Assembly (NCBI GenBank): GCA_035650535.1
Contig: DASRHL010000236.1
Location: 1-11,612, forward strand
Direction: 5' to 3'
DNA: 11,612 nucleotides
Source: Acidimicrobiia bacterium
GTDB taxonomy: Bacteria > Actinomycetota > Acidimicrobiia > IMCC26256 > PALSA-555
In this document: piece after piece, positions 6,221 to 11,612 of the stretch
Numbering within the stretch: the first letter of the stretch is position 1
Layout: every line of letters begins with the position of its first letter
Notes under the pieces: generated by a model
The model's input: the letters and a program-made list of their open reading frames with translations, nothing else
Databases searched by the model: none
What the model was told of the DNA's origin: nothing
Program-made: the position numbers and the translations under genes

Positions 6221-7411
6221 TCAGCGGTAGCCGGCAGCGTAGGCGACCATCTGGATGTAGATGCCGATCACCTTGGTCGCGTAGAAGGGATCGGTCGCCC
6301 AGTGGCCCTTTCCCATCGACTGCCACGTCTGGGCGCTGCCCTTGGCGAAGAAGGTGTCGAAGTTCGACGCCGCGCGCACCGGGTCGTTGCCGTACAGCGC
6401 GGCCTCGGGTGGGTGCGACAGCTTCGAGGCCCGCGACCCGGGGTCGGCGTAGTTGCGGAGGTGCTGGATCTGCGCCCGGACGCCGTCGCGCGGGGTCGGG
6501 AACGCGATCTCGCCGGAGCACGTGTCGCACGCGCCGATGCCCGAGTAGTTGTTGTCGAGGGCCGAGCGGAAGAAGCCCGTTTCGAGAACCGCCTGCGCGA
6601 ACGCGACGTCACCCTTCACGTACTCCGCGTTGCCCTCCTCGATGTACATCTGCGCGAGCTGGTCGATGGTCGTGCCCCCCGACAGGTGGTACGCGCGCCC
6701 GGTCGAATGGAACCACGCCGCGACCTGCGCGGCCGTCAGCTGGGGCTGGCCGAGAACCGGGATCACGCCCAGGGCGGACAGCAGCTTCTGCTGCTTCACG
6801 AGCAGGTCCTGGAGGGCGGCCCGCTCGGCGTCGAGGCGCTGCTTCTCGGCCTGTGCCTGGTCGCGCATCGTCTCCAGCGCCTTCTCGTGCGCCTGGAGCT
6901 GCTCGCGGGCGTCGTCGAGGTTCTGGAGCACGATGTTGTCGCCGCGCGCGATCTGCTCGCCGTAGTGCTTGGCCGCCGCGACGTTCTCAGCGTGGTCGAC
7001 GTCGAGCTCGAGCAGCGGGTCACTCGGCACCGCGGCGCGGACGTACATCCCGGCCGCCCGTTTCTGCACCTTGTCGGTCAGCGCCGCGACCTGGAACTGG
7101 TTCGCGGCGATCAGCTGCTGGTTCTGGGCGATCCCGCGCGTCGCGGCGTCGAACCGCTGCTGGGCCTCCCGTGACTCGACGACCAGCGCGTCGATGCGCT
7201 TCGCGTTCGCCGCGATCTGCAGCTGCAGCTCCGACACCGAGATCGGCGCCGCCGCGGCCGGGGTCGCGGTGGCGGCGGCCGCCGGGACGCACGCCACGAC
7301 CAGGACGGCGAGCGCGGCGAACCGGTGCCGAGCGCTGTGGGCACGCGAATTCGGGCGCAACGCTCCCAAGACCTGGTCTCCGTGGGATACGGGCCCGCTT
7401 CGGCCGGCCAC
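6221..7411 (-). CDS. Secreted peptidoglycan hydrolase: signal peptide + long coiled-coil + C-terminal glucosaminidase (GH73/FlgJ-like) domain
   Basis: The N-terminus has a signal-peptide-like segment (RHRFAALAVLVVACVPAAAATATPAAAAP). The central region is Gln/Ala/Glu-rich heptad-like sequence (coiled-coil). The C-terminus has the glucosaminidase-domain motifs AQAVLETGFF, NNYSGIGA and GHWATDPFYATKV. The start is uncertain: GTG at 7411, or TTG at 7369 with GGAG 8 nt upstream, which gives MGALRPNSRAHSARHRF. Confidence 0.65.
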   Translation of the reverse strand: MAGRSGPVSHGDQVLGALRPNSRAHSARHRFAALAVLVVACVPAAAATATPAAAAPISVSELQLQIAANAKRIDALVVESREAQQRFDAATRGIAQNQQLIAANQFQVAALTDKVQKRAAGMYVRAAVPSDPLLELDVDHAENVAAAKHYGEQIARGDNIVLQNLDDAREQLQAHEKALETMRDQAQAEKQRLDAERAALQDLLVKQQKLLSALGVIPVLGQPQLTAAQVAAWFHSTGRAYHLSGGTTIDQLAQMYIEEGNAEYVKGDVAFAQAVLETGFFRSALDNNYSGIGACDTCSGEIAFPTPRDGVRAQIQHLRNYADPGSRASKLSHPPEAALYGNDPVRAASNFDTFFAKGSAQTWQSMGKGHWATDPFYATKVIGIYIQMVAYAAGYR

Positions 7412-7496
7412 GGTAGCACCGGCTCGCCGCGATGGCTCGGCGGCCCCCGTGGCGCCGCCCGATGCCCCGCCACCGGCGAGAACGGCGGCTCACGGC

Positions 7497-7515
7497 GCCG
7501 CAGGATACCTGCGGC
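7497..7515. promoter_or_regulatory. 19-bp operator-like inverted repeat GCCGCAGG-ata-CCTGCGGC upstream of the SDR operon
   Basis: This is a perfect 8-bp-arm inverted repeat with a 3-bp spacer, read directly. It lies 45-63 bp upstream of the ATG at 7560. A possible -10 TACCGT is at 7532-7537 and an SD GAAGGAGGAAG at 7548-7558, so the repeat overlaps the predicted -35 position. Confidence 0.4.
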
Positions 7516-7559
7516 CCAGCCGTTCGCCTTCTACCGTCAGTCGGGCGAAGGAGGAAGCG

Positions 7560-8414
7560 ATGATGCTCGACGGGAAGGTGGCGATCGTGACCGGCGCGAG
7601 CCGGGGCGTCGGCGCGGCGACGGCGGTCGCGCTCGCCGCCGAAGGTGCCCGCGTCGCCTGCGCGGCACGGGCGACGGACGCCACCCCGATGCCGACGCCG
7701 GGCACGCTCGACGCGACGGTGCGGCGGATCCGCGACGCCGGCGGCGACGCGATCGCGGTCCCGACCAACCTGGCGAAGGACGACGAGGTCGTCGCGATGG
7801 TGCAGACGACGATCGAGCGGTACGGCCGGGTCGACGTACTCGTGAACAACGCGGCGATCACGTTCCCCGGCGACCTCGACCTCCCGATGAAGCGACACGA
7901 CCTGATCTTCGCCGTGAACGTGCGCGCCCCGTTGATCGCGTGCCAGCAGGTCGCCCCCGGGATGAAGGAACGGCGCGAGGGCGCGATCCTGAACGTCTCG
8001 TCCATGGCTGCGCTCAACTACTTCCCGGGGCTGATGGCGTACGGGATGTCGAAGATCGCGCTCGAGCACATGACGGTCTCGCTCGCGACCCAACTCCATC
8101 CGTTCGGGATCGCCGTCAACACGTTCCGCATCGACATTGCGGTCGCCTCGGAGGGGTTCATCGCGAACATGCCCGACGCCGACCACTCCAGCTGGGAACC
8201 GAGCGAGGTCGCGGCGGAAGGCATCCTCTGGATGCTGAGGCAACCCGCGAGCTACACGGGTCACAACGAGGCGATGAGCATCCTGCGCGAGACCCGGGGG
8301 ATCATGAAATCGCGCGTCGAGCGCCCGACCGCTCCCGCGCCGGGAACGAACCGCGTCAACCCGATGCCGTTCCTCGACCCGTCGCACGCGCCGGTCACCG
8401 GCGTCGAGGCGTGA
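7560..8414 (+). CDS. Short-chain dehydrogenase/reductase (SDR) family oxidoreductase
   Basis: The ATG at 7560 has the strong SD GAAGGAGGAAG. The protein has the cofactor motif TGASRGVG, the NNAA motif, a catalytic Ser (NVSSMAA) and YGMSK (YxxxK). It is 284 aa. The TGA stop is at 8412-8414. Confidence 0.9.
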   Translation: MMLDGKVAIVTGASRGVGAATAVALAAEGARVACAARATDATPMPTPGTLDATVRRIRDAGGDAIAVPTNLAKDDEVVAMVQTTIERYGRVDVLVNNAAITFPGDLDLPMKRHDLIFAVNVRAPLIACQQVAPGMKERREGAILNVSSMAALNYFPGLMAYGMSKIALEHMTVSLATQLHPFGIAVNTFRIDIAVASEGFIANMPDADHSSWEPSEVAAEGILWMLRQPASYTGHNEAMSILRETRGIMKSRVERPTAPAPGTNRVNPMPFLDPSHAPVTGVEA

Positions 8415-9112
8415 CGCCGTCCCGCTTTCCCCGCGACACGCAGCGGTCGCGCGTCTATCGCGCCGAGACGCCGCTCCCCTCGAGCCCGCTCCCGGGGTTG
8501 CCGGCGTGCGCCGCGTTCGCGGACCGGGTCGTCGGGTCGCTCTGGTGGCAGGCCCGCTTCCCCGACCTCGGCCTCGGCGACGTACCCCGCTTCCGGCCCG
8601 GGAACGGCGCCCGCCAGGCGTTCTTCCGCGTGGACGACGACGGGCCGACCATCACGCTCCCCCGCCGCTACCGGACGAAGGGCGTCGTCCTCCACGAGCT
8701 CGCGCACTGGGCGCTGCACCGGGAACCCGACCTCCCCCACCACGGGTGGACCTTCGCCCGCGTCCTCGTCGACGCGACCCTCGAGTTCGGCGGGCCGGAG
8801 CGGGCCCGGGCCCTCGAGGACGGCTTCCGCGCCCAGCGCGTCCGCGTCGGGGAGCCGGCCCGCCCCGACCCCGAGGGCCGGCCCCGGTACGGCTGCGACG
8901 AACGGCTCCACCTCGGTCGCGGCCGTGAGCTCACGGTGAGCTGGCAACCACCGGGCCGGCTGTACGCCGAGCACACGACCGGAACGTGCGTCGGGTTCGA
9001 GAGCACCACGGCGATCGTGCGGCTCGAGACCTGCGCGGGTGAGCTCGTGACCATCCCCGCGTCCGCCGTGTTCGCCGTCGAAGCCGCCCGGGCACCCGCG
9101 CTCCATGCATGA
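8411..9112 (+). CDS. HExxH putative metallohydrolase (resembles the actinobacterial TIGR04338-type family) with a C-terminal extension
   Basis: The GTG at 8411 overlaps the SDR stop (GTGA). The N-terminus PRDTQRSRVYRAE resembles the conserved N-terminus I recall for TIGR04338 putative metallohydrolases. The zinc-binding-like motif VLHELAHWALH is present. The protein is about 233 aa. It sits in a long antisense-prone ORF (7325..9112) of which only this part looks protein-like. The family assignment is from memory, not a search. Confidence 0.55.
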   Translation: MTPSRFPRDTQRSRVYRAETPLPSSPLPGLPACAAFADRVVGSLWWQARFPDLGLGDVPRFRPGNGARQAFFRVDDDGPTITLPRRYRTKGVVLHELAHWALHREPDLPHHGWTFARVLVDATLEFGGPERARALEDGFRAQRVRVGEPARPDPEGRPRYGCDERLHLGRGRELTVSWQPPGRLYAEHTTGTCVGFESTTAIVRLETCAGELVTIPASAVFAVEAARAPALHA

Positions 9113-10049
9113 GGGCAGCCGGCGCGCGATCGCCGCGGCGTTCCTCGCCAACCTCGGCATCGCGCTGTCGAAGGTCGTGGCGTTCGCCTTCACGGGGGCG
9201 GCGTCGCTGCTGGCCGAGGCCATCCACTCGGCCGCGGACACCGGCAACCAGGGGTTGCTCTTCCTCGGCGGCCGGCGGGCGGCACGCTCGCCGACGGCGG
9301 AGCACCCGTTCGGGTTCGCGCGCGAGCGGTACTTCTGGTCGTTCGTCGTCGCGCTCGTGCTGTTCTCGCTGGGCTCGGTGTTCGCGCTCGTCGAGGGCGT
9401 CGACAAGCTCGTCCACCCGCACGGCGTCGAGGATCCCGCGTGGGCGTTCGCGGTGCTGGGCGTCGCGGTGGCCCTCGAGAGCGCATCGATCCGCACCGCG
9501 ATCCGCGAGGCACGCCCGGTGCGGGGCGACCGGTCGTGGTGGGGCTTCATCCGCGAGTCGAAGAGCCCCGAGATCCCCGTCGTGCTCCTCGAGGACTTCG
9601 GCGCCCTCGTCGGACTGACCTTCGCGCTGCTGGGCATCGCGCTGGCCACGATCACGGGCGACGGGGCGTTCGACGCCGTCGGCAGCGTCGCCATCGGCCT
9701 GCTCCTCGGTGCGATCGCGATCCTGCTCGCGGTCGAGACGAAGAGCCTCCTCATCGGCGAAGCCGCGAGCAGCGAGGAGCAGGCGGCGATCCGCGCCGTG
9801 ATCGAGGCGAGCCCCGAGGTGCGCCGCATCATCCACCTGCGCACGCAGCATCTCGGCCCCGACGACCTCCTCGTCGCCGCCAAGGTCGACTTCGCGACCG
9901 CATCGGTCACCGAGCTGGCCGGGGCCATCGATGCCGTCGAGGCCCGCCTGCGCGAGCGCGTCCCGAAGGCCCGGGTCGTCTACTTCGAGCCCGACGTCTA
10001 CCGTCCCGGTCGGGCAGACGGTGGTTCGGAGCCCGGGGAGAGATCATGA
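9105..10049 (+). CDS. Cation diffusion facilitator (CDF) family divalent-metal efflux transporter
   Basis: The ATG at 9105 overlaps the previous stop (ATGCATGA). It has the CDF signatures ANLGIALSKVVAF, HSAADTGNQ and HPFGFARERYF. It has about six transmembrane segments and a cytoplasmic C-terminal domain. It is 314 aa. Confidence 0.85.
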   Translation: MHEGSRRAIAAAFLANLGIALSKVVAFAFTGAASLLAEAIHSAADTGNQGLLFLGGRRAARSPTAEHPFGFARERYFWSFVVALVLFSLGSVFALVEGVDKLVHPHGVEDPAWAFAVLGVAVALESASIRTAIREARPVRGDRSWWGFIRESKSPEIPVVLLEDFGALVGLTFALLGIALATITGDGAFDAVGSVAIGLLLGAIAILLAVETKSLLIGEAASSEEQAAIRAVIEASPEVRRIIHLRTQHLGPDDLLVAAKVDFATASVTELAGAIDAVEARLRERVPKARVVYFEPDVYRPGRADGGSEPGERS

Positions 10050-10408
10050 CCGAGCAGGAAGCCGCGACGATCGCGGCGGTGGAGCGGTTCAACGAGGCGT
10101 TCAACCGTCACGACGTGGACGCGATCATGGCCGCGATGACCGACGACTGCGTGTTCGAGAGCACGGCGCCGCCCGCCGGGGAACGCCACGTCGGCCAGGA
10201 AGCGGTGCGTGCCGCGTGGAAGGCGTTCTTCGCCGCGTCGCCGAGCGCGCACTTCGACGGCGCCGAGACCATCGTCGCCGGCGACCGGTGCGTCGTCCGC
10301 TGGATCTACACGTGGCAGGAGAACGGCGGCGGACGGGTGCACGGCGTCGACGTCATGCGCGTCCGTGACGGCAAGGTCGCCGAGAAGCTCGCCTACGTCA
10401 AGGGTTAG
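10046..10408 (+). CDS. SnoaL-like / nuclear-transport-factor-2 family small protein
   Basis: The ATG at 10046 overlaps the CDF stop (ATGA). The 120-aa protein carries the SnoaL_2-like pattern (AAVERFNEAFNRHDVDAIMAAMTDDCVFES...VRWIYTW...RVRDGKVAEKLAYVKG). The TAG stop is at 10406-10408. Confidence 0.65.
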   Translation: MTEQEAATIAAVERFNEAFNRHDVDAIMAAMTDDCVFESTAPPAGERHVGQEAVRAAWKAFFAASPSAHFDGAETIVAGDRCVVRWIYTWQENGGGRVHGVDVMRVRDGKVAEKLAYVKG

Positions 10409-10931
10409 CGCTCGAGTCGATGCGGCGGAGCTCGGCCTTGTAGCGGTAGGCGTTGCGGACGTAGTTGTCCTTCATCTCGGCGATCATGCCGGGCTGCACC
10501 GCGTCGAGGCGCAGCTTGGCCGGAACGCCGAGCGCCATCGCGACCGGCGGGACCTGCATGTCGTTCGGAACCACCGCGCCGGCGCCGACGAGTGCACCCG
10601 ACCCGATCACGGCGCGGTGCAGGACGACGGCGCCCGTCCCGACGAGGGCGCCGTCCTCCACGCGGCAACCCTCGAGGTGCGCGAGATGCCCGATGACGCA
10701 GTCGTCGCCGATGAACGTGGCGTGCGCCTCGGTGCAGTGGATGACGGCACCGTCCTGGATCGAGGTCCGCGCGCCCACCTCGATGCGGCCGTAGTCGCCA
10801 CGCAGCACCGATTGCGGCCACAGCGTCGACTCGGCACCCACCCGCACGTCGCCGATGACCGTCGCCTCCGGGTGCACGTACGCGTCCGGATGGATGTCGG
10901 GCACCACGTCGCCCAACGCGTAAATCGCCAC
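10398..10931 (-). CDS. Gamma-class carbonic anhydrase-like / hexapeptide-repeat (left-handed beta-helix) protein (YrdA/PaaY-like)
   Basis: The GTG start is at 10929-10931. The N-terminus (M)AIYALGDVVPDIHPDAYVHPEATVIGDVRVG is typical of gamma-CA-family proteins. It has hexapeptide repeats and conserved His (HCTEAHATFIGDDCVIGH). It is 177 aa. Its 3' end overlaps the convergent SnoaL-like gene by 11 bp. Confidence 0.85.
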   Translation of the reverse strand: MAIYALGDVVPDIHPDAYVHPEATVIGDVRVGAESTLWPQSVLRGDYGRIEVGARTSIQDGAVIHCTEAHATFIGDDCVIGHLAHLEGCRVEDGALVGTGAVVLHRAVIGSGALVGAGAVVPNDMQVPPVAMALGVPAKLRLDAVQPGMIAEMKDNYVRNAYRYKAELRRIDSSANP

Positions 10932-10956
10932 GAGAACCGACGCTACCCTCGGACGG

Positions 10957-11612
10957 GTGAGCGACGCTCCTTCCGTACTCGACGACGTCGACGGCCACGT
11001 CGACGCGATCGCCCGTGACGGCTACACGGTGCTCGAGCGGGTGATCGAGCCGGAACTGGTCGACGCGCTCGCCGCCGATCTGCTCCGCCTGGAGGAAGCG
11101 TTCGCAGTCCGACCCGCGGGCAACAGCTTCGAAGGCGACCGGACGATCCGCATCTACAACCTGCTGGCGCTCGGCAAGGTGTACGAGGCGGTTCCCGTGC
11201 ACCGGCGCGTCCTGCCGGTCGTCGAGCGGGTCCTCGACCCGGGCTGCCTGGTGTCGTCGCTCTCGTCGGTCAGCATCCTGCCCGGCGAGCGGGCCCAGCC
11301 GATCCACGCCGACGACCAGCTCATCCCCCTCCCGAAGCCGCACGTCGCGACCGTGTGCAACACGATGTGGGCACTCACCGACTTCACGGAGGCGAACGGC
11401 GCCACCCGTGTCGTCCCCGGAACGCATCGCGCCGACTGCTCGCCCGATTACGGCGCGCCCTACGACAGCATCGCGGCCGAGATGCCGAAGGGAAGCGTGC
11501 TGGTGTGGCACGGCAGCCTCTGGCACGGAGGGGGTGCGAACACGACGGGCGAGCGTCGCGTCGGGATCGCCATGAACTACTGCGCGGGGTGGATCCGCCA
11601 GCAGGAGAACCA
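10957..11612 (+). CDS. Phytanoyl-CoA dioxygenase (PhyH) family Fe(II)/2-oxoglutarate-dependent oxygenase, 3'-partial
   Basis: The GTG at 10957 is the first start after an in-frame TAA at 10921-10923. The frame is open to the window end and is not in the ORF track because no stop is reached. The translation has the PhyH hallmarks DGYTVLERVI, the iron ligands IHADDQ (HxD) and WHGSLWHGGGAN, and RVGIAMNY. Confidence 0.8.
   Translation, partial: MSDAPSVLDDVDGHVDAIARDGYTVLERVIEPELVDALAADLLRLEEAFAVRPAGNSFEGDRTIRIYNLLALGKVYEAVPVHRRVLPVVERVLDPGCLVSSLSSVSILPGERAQPIHADDQLIPLPKPHVATVCNTMWALTDFTEANGATRVVPGTHRADCSPDYGAPYDSIAAEMPKGSVLVWHGSLWHGGGANTTGERRVGIAMNYCAGWIRQQEN

Noticed and set aside
7020-9928. 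Long antisense ORFs 7020..8387 (455 aa) and 8261..9928 (555 aa), and the + strand 7325..8410 leader of ORF 7325..9112
   Set aside because: They have Arg/Asp/Gly-rich composition and overlap well-supported SDR, HExxH and CDF genes. Only the 8411..9112 segment of the + strand ORF looks protein-like and carries the HExxH motif.
1-11612. Mobile elements, CRISPR, tRNA and rRNA
   Set aside because: I scanned for direct-repeat arrays with regular spacers, tRNA T-loop-like GGTTCGANTCC motifs, long terminal inverted repeats and transposase or integrase-like translations. None were found. The only repeat arrays are the 12-bp x6 and 9-bp x3 tandem repeats described above.

Overview
This is an 11.6 kb window of very high-GC DNA (roughly 70% or more by eye), with codon usage and protein content that look actinobacterial. 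It reads as ordinary chromosomal DNA. I found no rRNA, tRNA, CRISPR array, transposase, integrase or long terminal inverted repeat.

I can support about fifteen protein-coding genes in five arrangements:
(1) Positions 2-3150, + strand: a multi-pass membrane protein (5' end off-window), then a membrane-anchored monoheme c-type cytochrome (CxxCH), then a long SPFH/flotillin-family protein, with a translationally coupled first pair.
(2) Positions 3278-5576: a possible unannotated small repeat-containing ORF, a GC-rich bidirectional hairpin, then divergent ku (non-homologous end-joining protein Ku) and a standalone LigD polymerase/primase-domain gene. Their shared 83-bp intergenic region carries direct and inverted repeats.
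(3) Positions 5590-7411, - strand: a secreted coiled-coil protein with a C-terminal glucosaminidase (GH73-like) domain, followed 10 bp later by a Sulfotransfer_4-like sulfotransferase.
(4) Positions 7560-10408, + strand: a tightly coupled four-gene operon of an SDR oxidoreductase, an HExxH putative metallohydrolase, a cation-diffusion-facilitator transporter and a SnoaL/NTF2-like protein. Start and stop codons overlap (GTGA, ATGCATGA, ATGA), and an 8-3-8 inverted repeat lies over the predicted -35 region.
(5) Positions 10398-11612: a gamma-carbonic-anhydrase-like hexapeptide protein on the - strand and a PhyH-family dioxygenase on the + strand (3' end off-window), with divergent starts 25 bp apart.

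About six very long ORFs of 400-950 aa lie antisense to these genes. They have Arg/Gly/Pro/His/Asp-rich compositions and are the usual stop-codon-poor artefacts of high-GC DNA, so I rejected them.

The most interesting unexplained material is the 478-bp gap between the flotillin gene and ku, which holds the candidate small ORF and the hairpin. I also flag the operator-like repeats in the ku/LigD-Pol divergent region, the palindrome upstream of the four-gene operon, and the unusual pairing of a glucosaminidase with a sulfotransferase. I see no clear defence or other novel multi-gene system; the candidates below are the best leads. All family assignments come from reading motifs by eye and are not from searches.
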